From Perna viridis (lineage: Eukaryota), in the NCBI GenBank assembly GCA_037379345.1, contig CM074513.1, positions 34,344,885 through 34,408,884 on the forward strand: 64,000 nt of DNA. Direction: 5' to 3'. Within the stretch, counting starts at the first letter, position 1. Every line of letters starts with the position of its first letter. The position numbers were made by a program, and so were the translations under genes. The notes under the pieces are model-generated. The model did not search any database and was not told the DNA's origin. It saw nothing but the letters and a program-made list of their open reading frames with translations. This document shows positions 1-14,400 of this stretch, in pieces.

Positions 1-547
1 CCAATTAGTCCATGTCTGACTTTGACCTTCGTAGTTCATATAAACTCCATTAATCTTTTTGTCATTTACACCGATGTAAAATTCAAACGGAGGCCTTAAA
101 CAATAAACAAAAATATAGACTAATTAGTAGACCTTCGCCCCAATAGATGACTACTAATTTGAAATAACTAGCGAGCAATGACACATTGAATTCGACAAAG
201 AATTCTAGAGCACCGTCCTATACCTCCTCTGTTAAAAAGTGTTGCATCACTATACCGATGAACTTTTCCGAACCTTTCCGATACGATACCGGTGTCGCAT
301 AACTCGTTTCGTAATAATCGTCGATACGGTCGGACACAGAATGTTAACATTTTGGGTCCGGCGGACCCAGGATATTAAATTCATGTATCCACCTGTCTAT
401 AATTCTGTATACTCTCGTATAAGTATGGGTACGGTCTGGTTGATATTAGATTAAATTAACTTAAACCAGTAATGATTGAAATATCACTTTGTGTCTTAAA
501 TTGATTTATTCACCTCGCGTATGTAGGTCTTTGTATGTATGTATGTA

Positions 548-2919
548 TATGGAATGCCATAGCTGCCTTATGTTGACTGGTATCATTATGTTGTCTTACC
601 TGTTAACTTCGTGGTGATACCTAATCAATTAGTGGTCATTACTTTTGTTGTGATACTACTTCACTTTGTGGTCTTACTTTTTTCAGTTTGTTGTGATACT
701 TTTTACTTCGTGGTTGTACGTTTTCACTTAGTTGTGGTACTTTTTCACTATGTGGTGATACTTTTTCACTTTGTTGTGGTTCTTTTTCGCTTTGTTGTGG
801 TACTTCTTCACTTTGTGGTTATACTTTTTCACTTTGTTGTGGTACTTTTTCACTTTGTTGTGGTACTTTTTCACTTTGTGGTGATCTTTTTGTCACTCCC
901 GTAGTGGTATTAATTCACTGTGGATCCTGAAAAATTCGAAAGATCTTTTGGAGACAATCAGTTCAAGACTATTATCAGAATATGATAGCATTAAAATCTA
1001 TGATTTTTCAACACTGTATACTGCTATTCCCCATACTCAGTTAAAATCCCGACTTAAAAACATTATACATCGTTGTTTTTCCAAAAAAAGATGGTATACC
1101 TAGATACAAATATATATAGTTCTTGGCAGAGATTCCTCATACTTTGTAAACAATAATTTCAAATCGTCTTCCAAATATACAGAGGAAGATGTTTACAAAA
1201 TGCTGGATTTTTTAATAGGCAACATATTTGTCCAGTGTGGTGGACGCGTTTTTCAACAAACGGTGGGCATTCCAATGGGAACAAATTGTGCTCCTCTACT
1301 TGCGAATCTATTCCTTCACTCTTATGAGGCTGACTTTATAGCCGATCTGATCAGAAAGAGGAGGTGATTGGCTAGATCCTTTAATCTCATTTTCCGCTAT
1401 ATAAACGACGCATTACCTTCAAACAATCCTAATCTCGGGATTCGATACATTGCATCTACCCCCAAAGAACTTGAGATAAAGGATACTACATACACAGCCT
1501 CATATCTTGACCTACACTTTTCATTCAGAGTTGTCAACTTTCCTTTCATCTGTGGCAACATCCCTTCAGCACATGCGTATGGAGTGTTCATATCACAACT
1601 CATACGTTATGCCAGAGCTTGTATCGCACTAGAATTCTAACAAATAGGCTTCTGGAACAGGTTTATGTTGCTACAAGATTGAAGTCATCACTACAGTTTT
1701 ATGGTCGTCATCATGAACTCGTAGATCGTTATGGTGTATCCATCTGCACCATGAAAACTGATTTATTCAACGGGTCATAGTTTTCCTGTCCTTTTCGTCT
1801 GCCCCGGACTTTACTTTTTATGAGCAACTCGGCGGGTGTTTCTAGAAAAGCAGATGACGCTTATCCTACCGGTGCACCTGGTCTATGCTCCAAGTTTTTA
1901 GTGGAGTCCGAGTTGCTCATTTGCTTTTATTACTTTGTATGTTTGATTTTAGTTACTTTATGTTCTTTGTTGTGCAAGTCTGTTTTCCATTTCTGGTCTT
2001 TGGCCCTGGATTACATTCTTTGATTACCGCTATAACCTTGGTTCCCTTGAATAATCTTTCACTTTGTTTGTCTGATTTAAACCCTGAAAAAAGTAGTGAG
2101 ATGCCAATAAAAAAGGTTGTTTGCAATATATGGTGAAAAACAAAGTTTTTCATAGACTCTGGAAAAAATTACCAGTTATTTTTGCTCAAGTTAAAAAAAA
2201 AGGTTTTTTTTTAATTGAAAAAAAATCCATAGCTCGTAGAAAATCAAATGGTTGCTGTCTAACGTGGACACCCTTTAGCACGTCATTGATTTACGGCCTT
2301 GTAAATATCAACACCTTATAGATAACCATATGTGGAGTGATTTAGTTACATATAGAATATTGTTTTTATAAACGATCTATTCAACGTGTCATTGTTTTCC
2401 TTTTTTCTATTCTCTATTTCTACCTTGGACTTGACTTTTCTAGAAAAGCGAAGGACACTTACCCTGCCGGTGCACCTGTTCCATAATCCAAGTTTAATAC
2501 ATAAAAAACATGTTTGCAGGGTATAATGATTTGATTACTCCCTTAAAACACCTAAGAAAATAGTATGACCGAACAAACACTGAAAAAAAATTATGAACAC
2601 GAAGTGAAAAGGTATGACCACGAAATAAAAAAAGTATCATGACCACGAAGTGAAAAAGTATCACAACATAGTGAAAAAGTAAGACCACAAAGTGAAAAAG
2701 TACCTCAACAAAGTGATAAAGTATTACCAGAAAGTGAAAAAGAATGACCACAAAGTGAAAAAGTACCACAACAAAGTGACAAAATACCACAACAAAGTGA
2801 CAAAGTATGACCACATAGTGAAAAAGTATGACCACTAAGTGACTAGGTATCACGACGAAGTTAACAGGTATGACAACATAATGATATCAGTCAACATAAG
2901 GCAGCTATGGCGTTCCATA
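548..2919. mobile_element. Foldback/MITE-type non-autonomous DNA element with long tandem-repeat-containing TIRs, inserted in a (TATG)n microsatellite
   Basis: Left end TATGGAATGCCATAGCTGCCTTATGTTGACTG (548) is the near-exact reverse complement of the right end CAGTCAACATAAGGCAGCTATGGCGTTCCATA (2919). Arms (~548-890, ~2570-2919) consist of 21-24 bp subrepeats (CACTTTGTTGTGGTACTTTTT). TA/TATG repeats flank both sides. Confidence 0.8.
893..2050 (+). mobile_element. Penelope-like retroelement fragment (degenerate reverse transcriptase plus 3' region), nested in the foldback element
   Basis: Frameshifted translation gives RT motifs SIKIYDFSTLYTAIPH, QQTVGIPMGTNCAPLLANLFL, FRYIND, SYLDLH and NFPFICGNIPSAHAYGVFISQLIRYARAC. 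The same 3' sequence recurs several times in the window. Confidence 0.75.
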
Positions 2920-4385
2920 TATATATGTATGTATGTATGTATGTGAATAAGCCACAGGAAGACAAGTCACGGATGAAACGTCATAGGCGAGAAACGATTA
3001 ACGCGACAGTTGTTTGATTTCGTGTTCAATAACTTAGACTATTGGGTTCTTAAACGAGTGCGTAGTGAAGATCTGAGATATCTTCCACGAGTGTGAAAAA
3101 TTCCGTCTTTTCCCGAGTGGAGCGTAGGGGAACGAGGGAAAGACGTAGAATTTCACACACGAGTGAAAGAAAGAAATGTTTTCTTCTTCAACGAAATAAA
3201 TGTTGACATTAAATAACTTGTTTTAGTTCTCTTTTCTCAAAATTAATGATGAATCAACCGTTAAACCAGTCGATAACGGTTCTGGTTAAAAAGTCTGATT
3301 GATAAATGATAAATATATTCCAGGAGTAGGAAAACCTTGAGGAATGCCGTATCATACCACCGATCTATTTAGATGTATATACAGTATAGAACCATTTAAA
3401 TTTTTTCTTGGTTTTCTTCAATTTCCCCAAGAAAAGCCAAAATATGTAAATGAGATATCTCTGATACAGCCAAACTTATAACGAAAATTTACACACGTAA
3501 GCTAATTTGCGCACGCATTTACCTGAAATGTGTATAAAAAGAAATTTGCTGAACGTTTCTTCTATTCATAGGCTTCATTCAGACCGCACGAGCGAGTGGC
3601 TAGAAATTTTTAATTTCCCGCCCCCTGCCGGGAAATTAAAATGTCGCGTGAAGACTACCACGCTTACCACGCTTACCATGTTTACCATGTTTACAGTTGT
3701 TATCAGGCGCGTAGCTGCCGTTAGGCAAAAAAGCTTTTGCCTGCACTTTTTTTCCAATTTTTTTTATAGGTAAAATACATCCAGGAGAGGCATAAATGAT
3801 GCTCTAAAACGCTATCTCCGCGGAGCTTCGTGGACCCCCCTGCTGTAATTTTGCCTACATTTCAATTTGGCCTCAGCTACGCGCCTGGTTATTCATATTG
3901 TTGATCAATTAAATACTAATTGATTAGCAAATGTTGATCATATTTTAAAAGTCGGTAGTGTATCAACTAATTATAATGGTAATGATATCGATGACGCAAT
4001 GACTTGATGACTGGAGGGGAGGTCCTTGATGAGGATATGCGAGTCTCGTTCTAATTTCATTTTCTTTACCGGAATTTACGACGTAGAACGTATTGAAAAC
4101 TGGAGAGCGATCTGCATTTTATTGTTTACTTCCGGGTACTCGAAACGCTGCATAACAAAGCCAAATCATCTATTTTATGTTTTTTCTTAATACCTTTATC
4201 ATGTAGAAATAGATATTTGTTATTTTTTATCTGTATTTTTTACACAAAAGATGTTTTGCCCTCAACACTGAACTCTCTAAATTACAAATCTGCATTCTTT
4301 TGAATGATAGACTAGGACCCAATCTCGCGAAATCACATGACGAGACTTACATACCCTGATGTTGGTAGAATGTCGTGATCGTGTG

Positions 4386-5604
4386 CAAGATTGGACAATT
4401 CAAGATGTCTACTGGGAAAAACGCAAAAAGTAGGGCCTTTTAAATCTTGGTTTTACTGGTTTATATGGTTATGAATTTTCGAATTTTAAACACAGACTAA
4501 CCAGGGAGACATCATTAATATTATGGGTAGTTGGAATTAGTATCCAAATACAGATACAAGTAACAACTTCCAAATCGTTGATCGAAGTTGACGTTGTTTT
4601 CAAAATAGAAATCGAAGCGGGCAGCAATATTTCTGGTCGTGAATAAAGGCATTTCCAAAGGAGTAATTTTCATAAAATGGAAACTGCATAAACCTTTATG
4701 ACAATACTGTATAGAACATCCGAATTTGTCCCATAAAACATACAAGTTGTTTATGTACAGGATTGTACTCCGGTCGTTTCAATTGAAAACGTGGCAAATT
4801 GTACATCGAATTTCGTGTATTTTGGTTCAGGATTGGACTTTTTTTAAAAGAAAAATATTTCCAAAAGATTCCTCAAGATTTGCTTCAAGTTTATCCACAT
4901 ATATTTCATTCGTTTCCTCGTCGTATCGCAAGTATTCATATTCAGACAGAAAATGTTGTGGTATTAATCGAAAATCTTTACACCCCATTTTCAAATCGTT
5001 TTTTCTTTTATTTTTAAAGGTAATGTTGAATGAAAATATTTTGCAATTTTTCTGTTGTTTTTGTGCAGTAGTAGCACCTATATTTGGACATCTTGGTTTG
5101 ATCTGCAAAATATGAAATAAATGCATTTTAAAAGTCGAATCCTGAACCAAAATACATGAAATTCGGGGTACAATCCGCCACGTTTTCGGTTGAAAGGGCC
5201 GGAGTACAATAATGTACATAAGCAAAGGTTTCCGTCAAGATATTTTTACAACTTGTGTGTTTTATGGGACAAATAAATTCTGGTGTTCTAGACAGTATTG
5301 TCAACAAGGTTTGTGCAGTGTCCATTTTATGATAGTTGCTTCTTTGGAAATGCTTTTATTCACGACCAGAAATATCGCTACCCGCTTCGATTTCTATTTT
5401 AAAAACAACGTCAACTTCGATCAGCGATTTTGCAATTGTATCTGTATTTCAATTCAAACTACCCATAATATTAATGATGTCTCCCTGGTTAGACTGTGTT
5501 TTAAATTCGTGAATTCATAACCATATAAACCAGTAAAACCAAGATTTACAAGGCCTCACCTTTTTGCGTTTTTCCCGGTAGCCATCTTGAATTATCCAAT
5601 CCTG
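4386..5604. mobile_element. Foldback element with ~460-bp imperfect inverted arms
   Basis: 4386-~4848 is the reverse complement of ~5126-5604 (CAAGATTGGACAATTCAAGATG vs CATCTTGAATTATCCAATCCTG; ACCAGGGAGACATCATTAATATTATGGGTAG occurs in both arms). Spacer ~280 bp; no clear TSD. Confidence 0.8.
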
Positions 5605-5649
5605 AGGGTGTTGGTTAATTTATTTTTTTTATTATTTTATTCATGGGAG

Positions 5650-5778
5650 AAACATATTCTCCGCCATTTCTCTCGGGGATTAAAGGATTTCTCCACTGTC
5701 GAGAGTTAAATTTTAGATTTTAACTATCTCGAGTGGAGAAATCCTGTAATCATCTCGAGACTGAAGGAGAATCTATAT
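5650..5778. repeat. Short palindromic MITE-like element
   Basis: AGGATTTCTCCACT (5684) pairs with AGTGGAGAAATCCT (5732), with further pairing inside and outside. Confidence 0.55.
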
Positions 5779-6786
5779 TTATCTGCACGTGATGAAATCT
5801 CAGTTTTTAAAGGTTATTGGGCTTGGTTAATTTGACTATATTTTACAATTATGTTGATATAATTTTTGATTAGGTTTACTATTCTGTATGCTGGTTACTG
5901 TTACAATATCCCGATTCGTAATTATAGATTGGATTGTAGCTCCGAATACGAATTGGCTGATATTACACAGAACAGACCCCTCGAAAAAAACGCCATTTTC
6001 TCGACCACGAGAATTGTAGCTAGAGCCATCAATAAAATCAAATACGTTTTATCACATATAGACGTATGGCCTATCAAGATGTAGGTTCCGGGTTTAGAAC
6101 CCCCTAACTTTTGTTGGAAAATGACGTTATTATTGTGTAATAGTTTGGTATCAAAGAGAAAATGAGAAAAAAATTTCTGGATCAGACGCTTTTCGAGAAA
6201 CGTCTTAAGTCCCTACAGTTGAATGTGTGTATAACCTTTAAATAATTTCGAATTGTCCGTTACAATAATAGCAGCATTGACTTGTACATGTATCAACCGC
6301 AACATGCATGCACACTCTGTATGACTATTACCCAAGAAAACTAAAATGTTACATGACTACATGTCACCAGTCGCACTGAATGAGCAAAAATAAAAGCCGC
6401 TTTGAAATACTTTATGCAAACATTGCATTTAAAGTGAATATTTGAAATGCAACATGTTACGGTAGTGGATCTGGCGTGCAGGGGTTGGCATCCCTTCTAT
6501 TTACTGGAAAATTTGTCATTTCCATGTGTGAAATTGACAAAAAATGGTAAATAATGTATTAGCACCTTTTTTCTGAGGAACCCCGGCTGGCACCCTTCCT
6601 TTTCAAAGTGTCTGGATCCACCCCTGGTTTGGTATCTTGTAAATCATAGCACGAAATTGTAAATGCTTCTTTTTATAAAGTAACCCAGGAATCGCTCAAA
6701 TGTCTCTATTATACTCTCTACAGGCGTGCACTCTATGATGTTACTACGGCTCGGGCAGTCTTCGCTATAGTAGCACGCTGTCATGC

Positions 6787-7422
6787 GATATTTTGACCCC
6801 GCAAAATATTGGGTTAAAATATCAAAGCAAAATTTTGACTCCCCCCGTATGAAACTTACTCCCCCCTGCAATATTTTGACCCCCAACTGCAAGTTGAATA
6901 AAACAAAGAGGTTAAAATATCAAACATGGGGATTAAAGTATCTCGCGGCAGGGGGAAAATATAGCAGCAGAGGGTTAAAAATCTTAATTTATCGGAGCAT
7001 GGGGTTAAAATATCATATCAGGGGGTAAAATATCGCAACAGGGGGTTAAAATTTCACAGCAGGGGGTTAAATATCATAACGGGGGTAAAATATTTTAGCA
7101 AGGGGGGAATATCGAAGGTTAAAATATGGCAACAGGAGTGTTAAAATATCGCGATAAATTAACCACCCTGTTGCGACATTGTAACCCCCCTGCTGGTTTT
7201 TTCAAATCTCCTGCTGCGATATTTTAACCCCGAGTGCAATATAAATTAACTCCACTGTAATGATATTTTAACTCACGGCTGCGATATTTCAACCCCCCTC
7301 CATTTGGGGGTTATGTTAAAATAACCCGGGAGTCATTGTTTCATACGATATATTGACCCTGGGGTTAAGATATCAAATGATATTTTAACCCCGGGGTCAA
7401 GTTTTCGCGGGGTCAAAATATC
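6787..7422. mobile_element. MITE with 16-bp TIR and internal GGGGTTAAAATATC subrepeats in both orientations
   Basis: GATATTTTGACCCCGC (6787) and GCGGGGTCAAAATATC (7407-7422) are exact reverse complements; many internal copies of the motif. Confidence 0.65.
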
Positions 7423-10400
7423 ATCAGCCCAGGAAAGTATTCTGTCCCTGATACGACTCGGGCAGTCATCCGCTGTCGGTAGCCCGGTAATCTATCTCAT
7501 TTCAAAGAATATCTTGCATGATTAAGAACATCCAATGAATGATTCTCCTTTAAAAAATGAAATTGAGAACCCTGTGCACATCGAAAATAATAGTTGCATG
7601 TGACTGATTTGCCTGATTGCGCATCATCTTTTTCGCCAAGATAGATTTTCTTTCCAGTGGTACTTGAAATAATTAATATGTTAGTCTATAATAGGACCAA
7701 CTGTTTGTTTGTTTTCATCCAGGCAGAATTCTCCCTGAAAAATCCCATGTGAACACTGCAAGTGTAAAAATGCATGAATAACAGAGGCCCAGAACCATGA
7801 TGCGTTGCCCATTTAATTGCAAAAACTATCAAAAAATTACATCTCAGAAAGCCTTTTTTCATATACTGACTTCCATTTATGTGTTGGAAAAGATCAACAA
7901 ATTTTGACTATGTCTCCATCAGAGTTGGCAGTGGACAAAGTGACCAGTCAACTTTCACCTTGTAAAATACTGTAATATGAGATAAAAACTACGCAAACCA
8001 ATGCATTTTCAGTTGAGCAAAATTGTTGGAAAATATGGGGAGTCGGAAGTAACCGCGGAAAAAAATACAGTACCTATAATCGTTAAGGCAACAAACGTTA
8101 CCGAGGACAACGCTTGACTAAAAATGAAGTATAAACAAGTATGAAGTTTTAAATATGCAACTTATTCATGTATTAATGTTGTTCCCTTATCAGAGCAGAT
8201 TTGAAGAGTAAATGGGGGTACGCTGTGTTAAAAAAAACGAACTTCCGACAACACTGTACCGTGCTATTAAAGTTCGAACATCGCGCGTAACGTCTAATGG
8301 AAAAAAAAGTCAAAGGAAGTAGTCACCGTTTAAACCGTGTAAGGTAGTACAATACAGCTGGATCATTTCTGAAAAATTGGTCTCATTTTGTTGAAATAAC
8401 GCTGTTATGAGGCAGTCCGCACAGAAATTTCTAGCGTTTTGTCACAAAAAAGTGCATATTTTTGAAATCCTTGGTATGTTGAGATTCAAATCATTTATAA
8501 ATAATTCAGTGATTATTCTTATAAAATTCAGTAGCCATGGTAACATACTGAAAAAAATATTACTGAGTTTTAGTACAACTCAGGGCTGCCTTTCCAAAAC
8601 TAACAGCCAAATACTATGTTTTATAAAATATCAGGCACTTAGACACAGGATGAAAGCATGCATGGAGTAGGTGGAAAAAAAGTAAAAATAATAAGACCCT
8701 TTTCGATTCATTCTCTCACAATTTTAGTCCCAAAATCAGCCGTCTGATGCTGAGGAGAGACCCTAATACGGCAGGGGACTGTAACGTTCCGGATACCATT
8801 CTTCATTTAAATTCCACATGTTTACCATAACATATATTACATCTGTCTATGTATAAATGCTTATCTACGTTTAAACAATATATCCGCCAAATTTCAACTT
8901 TTAATTTTAAGTTTTACAAAATTTTACGGAGGTAATTTGGTGTGCGAAACAGTGCGCCTTAATGTAACTGTATAGTGCACCCTAAGTTTTTACAGAAAAT
9001 TTCAACTGATTCTATCAGTCACTGTATCATTTAGTACTGAAATTAAGTAATTTTATATTATATTAATGTCTGAAACTTTATTTTTTGTGAAAAAAAAAAA
9101 TGAAAATTCCAATTGGTAAGGAAGCCATGTAGTCTCTAATTTACACACATAAATCAGAACAAAGATGACAATACCCTAGGCCTGTTCTGCATAGACAAAA
9201 AATGTTTTTAAAACAACTAATTAATTTTCATTACACACTGCAATGGAAACAATTATCAGATAACATTGCTACATTAAACATGTGCATGAAACCATTCCTA
9301 CTAGGATATAGGATGTTTTTGAGGAATATGATTTCAAGCAGTGTAAAAAAAACAATATTTTTGGTGCCTTTTTTTCCTTACAAATGTTCTGACCTTTTTT
9401 CCTGTGACTTTTCCTACCAAAATTTTGACTTTTCTTCATGTAACTTTTCCCGTTTACCATGTATGTATGTATGTATGTAGTTTCGATGGTTTGCAAATGT
9501 ACACCACATCCGCTGTGGAGCTGTAAATTTCATCACAAACATTAGTTATATGACCACCAATTAATTATTGTACGTCGAAAACGACTCAAATATGGTATCA
9601 TCCGAATGATTCATTTCTAAATCATAACAAAAATTACAAACACACCAATAAAAGAAAAGAATTATCATCTAAGATTATATTAAAATATTACCCCAACTTC
9701 TATTAGACAGGTCTCAGTATAAAAGAAAATGCTAATTGACAGAATAACAGCAAAACTTTAAGTTGGGGCATTTTTAATTAATATAACCATATATCAAGCA
9801 CATCTGACCAAGTCTGGCATCGATTTCACAAAAAGTCGGAAGTGTCAAGTTGATCGTAAATAATGACGTCATAACAGAACATAGCATTGTTACGTCATAA
9901 CACTATTTTAGGTTGTGACTCATTACTTACTCAAGAATATTAGTTTTTGACACACTTAAACGTTTCCGTCGTGTAATAACTTATAGGACTTTTTATGGCA
10001 AAATCGAAATCTCATTTTTAGCAATTTTTGACGGTTAAATGCTGACTATGATAATCGCTACGAGTCATCAAAATAACCCAAGAAGTATCAGTAGTTGAAT
10101 ATTTTGGATGCAATAGATGAAGTATAGGGATATGAAATGATCGGTGTGGATACATGTCTTTTAAATACGGCGGAAATTTGTTCGTGGCGGTTTTAAGATG
10201 TTACGCAAATCAATGGTATCGACACCTTTATTAACTTGCTTTGTTGCTTTGTACACAATTTTAATGTCGACGACGACGCCAAAGTGATGACATTATACGA
10301 AATTAAAAAAAAAGCCCAAGTTTACAAAAGTAAACGAAAATAGAAACCATGCGTTTTTGGTGCATTCTTAGGTTGACATATTAGGTTTTGTTATTTAAAA

Positions 10401-11294
10401 TATGTCATCCCATGTTATGCTTCATGCAAGCAAAAAGCACTTGGTTTTTGTTTTTATTCAGATTCAAAATACTGTTACGTGTACATGGTCACTCGTACAA
10501 AAGATATGGACATATTAGTTGAAAATTTTGCATTATGAATATATTGGGATTTTTATTTCATTTCTGGGTGAATTCTTGGGTAAATGCTTCAAGGATTAGT
10601 ATGATATTGGAAATAAGTTAGTGAAATTGTTTTTGTTTTTGTTTTATTTTTAATTTTGACTAAAATCTGATTCTGAAAGATTATTTTTTATTAGTATACT
10701 TTAGAATTAAAATGGAGAATAATTTGTTAAGAAATGTGGAAACGTAGTGGCTACTTCTCATTACACTATTATATCAGAACATTCGGTCACAGATCAAGGT
10801 TTTAAAACCTAATTTATAAGAACAAACCCATTCTCTTGCTGAATACCAAGGCTTGAAATGATAAAGTCTGAAATTGTTTGATTAGGTATCGTGGCGAGAG
10901 TTCCTCCGTAAAGTTCACATTTTGACAACACTGCATGTTCAGGTCCTTCTTCAACTTCTATCCAAAAACATGCTTCTGAGTTATTCACGCTATTTAACGG
11001 GCATGCCGCCTGGACTGCATCGAAGGAAAATAAACAAAGTGGTGAATTATTTCATACTGCAAGTTTATTCGCTTGTAGATATCACTTTCCTTATGCTTTG
11101 TATTTTTATGAAATTGGCACTACAATTGACCCATACCAAACCGGTGCCTTCTCGTCACTTAAAAGTTCGTTTTCTACGAATGTACATGTAAGTGTTATAA
11201 AATATTTTCCCGCATAAGTCGCCTCCGTTGTATGATTCCTTGATTACAATCCCAGCCTGACTTTTGTCGTGAAACCCTCGGGTACAGTTTTATA

Positions 11295-11430
11295 GAAAGT
11301 TTTAAAGCACCCTTGCCGGTCAAGGGAAGTTTTCAGTCAAAATAAGATATAAAGCACTCTTACCAGTAAAAGGAAGTTTCAAAGCATGTTTATCGGTAAT
11401 AGGAAGTATAAAAGCATATTTACCGAAATT
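11295..11430. repeat. Degenerate ~29-bp tandem repeat
   Basis: Recurring AAAGCA....TTACCGGTAA.AGGAAGT units. Confidence 0.5.
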
Positions 11431-14400
11431 TAGACAAAAAAAACCAAAAAAAAACACACTTACCATAGGTAATTATTGCCGCCGAACTAACAATGAACAT
11501 CTGGAATATAAATTGTAGACATAAATTAAAGCTTTTTACGACTGTATGACAGATAGGACACCGTGCAGTTAACATTAACAACACCGGTAAGATTAGCAGT
11601 ATGATTACATTCTAAAAATGGAATTCACCATTCATTAATGTCAAACGAACATTTAAGTTAATAATAAAACTCAGATTGAACAATTAGAATTAATATTGCT
11701 GCTAGTGGCTACGAGTTGTACCAATTCAAAATGAAATATCGTTTTGTTTTACGGGTTTTTCTTCAAATATTCCATTTCAATACTCAAATTCATACCTCCA
11801 AACAGAATTCGAATCATGATCTGTACCACAGTAAATTAGTCGAGAGACGAGTTGTACGTTTAAAGCACTTACATTATTGACCACGCAGAGACACTAAACG
11901 GTTATCTATACAACCCTACCATATATAGTCTGATATAACTTTGTAGAGAGACATTTGACAGTTATTGAAATGGGGCAAACCCATAGAAGTGGAAAGCGGC
12001 TTGGATGAAATAGATCATGATCGGTTGTTCTTTGCTAACATGCAAAAATAGCGAGGTGTGCTGAAAAGGGGAGACGTTGATGAGCAAACTGGATTCTTTA
12101 CGTTTCTAATTCTCCTATAAAACATGTCTATCCGTTAAAACTTTCGGGTTGTTTTGTTTTAACAATTTTTGCAATACTTTCGGAAAAGTACGTTTAGGTT
12201 AGCTGTTGTTCGGTTTGCATAGAAAGAGTAATCATGCATCCGATCTTGGCATTGAATTTTTCGAAAGCATGCAGACAACAGTAATATTTGAAAAAGATCT
12301 ACTTAATCAATTACATTGTTAGCTTTCATTCTGTTTTCAAAATTATGACAGATATTCCCGCTTGGTGATTGATGTTGTCTGCTGTTTTTCGATGGCGTTC
12401 TTTTTTCCAATTCAACACAAAATTTATCCATGCTTCGTGTGGAGACAGATTCCTAAATGACGGACACACGTCGATATTTACTTCATAAAACCATTATAAA
12501 GCACGAACAACAGAAAATAATGAATTATAAATCGAATTAATAACTGTGGAAAGGAAGCTAAATATGATGCCATTTCGAAAACGTCAAACTTTGAATATCA
12601 GTATGATACTATCATTTCCGAGGTAATAGAAAGGTTAACAGGCTTGGAATTAGAATATATCAATGACGATGTCAAATACGGATGAAATAACATTTCACAT
12701 CATGATGTCAAGTATTTGATATAAAACCATAAACATAGAAAACGGTTTGATTAAACGTGAACAATACGCAAAGGTGGGTGAACTGCTAACTTCATTAAAA
12801 TTAAAACATTCAATATAAAAAATCGATGGAAGTTTTGCCAGTCTGTGGTAGTAGATAGACCAAGCTTGTTCTTAATGAATACGTATCACTTCCTGTATCA
12901 TGATTAAACTTTTTCTAATTACATATATACATTTTTCTCGGGTTATTGAAAACAAATGTTTATACATCTTGGTACATTTCATTTAGACGTATTTTTTTTC
13001 AAAGGGGAGCAAAAATTTATAAATCTAATTCATTTGCAGGGACGGATCCAGAAATTTTCAAAAAGGAGTTCCTGAGTACTGTTAGTTTGCTCATTTTTGC
13101 CCAAAATTTGAACAAAATTAACAAAATCTTTTAACAAAGGGTCTAACCTTTGACAGGACCCCGTGGCTCCGCCACTGTATTTTGATAATTAGATTTTTAT
13201 TCACTTAAATACCTCTAATTCCGTCACGTAGCCAGACAATATCTGCTTGTTGTCCTTTGTTCAACCACAAGTAATACTTAGTGGGCGAGGCTCTGTCTGA
13301 AACGGGGGTCAGTGTGTTCAACGCATGATGGCAGTACGATTTTGAACCCCTCTGTTCCCCTCTTGTTTAGCAATTGTGTTAACCACCTCTTTTTGAAACA
13401 TTATTACTATTTAGAATCCTGTCCACATTCGTCTATAAACTAGACAACTTTTCTTCTTATTCGTTTCTGTCAAATTGGTCAAAAAGTTATGTCACTTTAA
13501 ATTATAATGAAAGTGACGTAAGATGAAATTTTCTGATAATAAAAAAAAATATTCACAATAAAAAATAATTCAAATCTGTTGGACAACAAATATTTGCTGA
13601 GATTCCTTGTATTTGTCATTTATAAATATCTCTGAAATATGTGAAATATGGATAACCTTTTTGTTTCTGCTATTATGAATGGACTGAAAGTATTTGGAAC
13701 AAATAAAAAAAACCCAAACATATACACTTAAATAAGCCAGTTATCAAAATAAGTATGAAATAGAGGTGAACACATTTTTGTGTTTTTTTTTTGTTAAATA
13801 ACCGTAGAACAGCTGTTTGTAAGCCATTTAAATGCTGAAGGAAATCATCTAGGCATTAAATTGGTTTATTTCATTTTAAAATGAACAACATGCAATAGAT
13901 CAACAATGTTTCTATAAACATACATGTAGGATTTATTGAAAAGGTGTCTTAAAAACAACATTATGTTTATTTAGATTTTTATATCAAATAAACTATCTAC
14001 TGGGAAGTACATGTAAACACAAGTCAAATAAAGTTTTGAAGGACAGATTATCAATCATCAGTATTAACAATGGGTCTTTGAAAAGATGTCACAAATGTAC
14101 AAAGAAATCATTTTTAATTAAAGAATTTGAAAGTCATGGCGATTACAGTTAGCAGAAACATAACAGAACTGAAAAAATAAAAAGAACAAATCTGATTTTC
14201 TTGTTTTCCCTTTTTCATCAGCAGGCTCCCAGTTCTAATGAACTGATAGTTAATGTTGACTTTTTAAAATTAATCTCAAAAATAAGAACTCAAACCATAA
14301 AATCATTCACTTTGAAAACAAACTTTCTGATAACATTTAACTTAAAATCTTTTATTATTTTATTACTGAAAAATCAGTTTTAACTAATTTCAGTATTTAA

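Noticed and set aside
611-904. Hydrophobic ORF (FHFVVVL)n, and its mirror 2494..2853, as membrane proteins
   Set aside because: They are translations of the tandem subrepeats in the foldback arms.
1820-2136. Recurrent small ORFs MSNSAGVSRKA... (also 22707, 26817, 31663) as a gene family
   Set aside because: They are readings of the retroelement 3' region; lengths and frames differ between copies.
2950-2990. Hammerhead-like GGAAGA...GAAACGTC
   Set aside because: The CUGANGA core is absent and the stems do not form convincingly.
8341-8960. Kolobok-like MITE (AAGGTAGTAC...GTGCGCCTTAA)
   Set aside because: Terminal match is too short and there is no left TTAA, so it cannot be supported.
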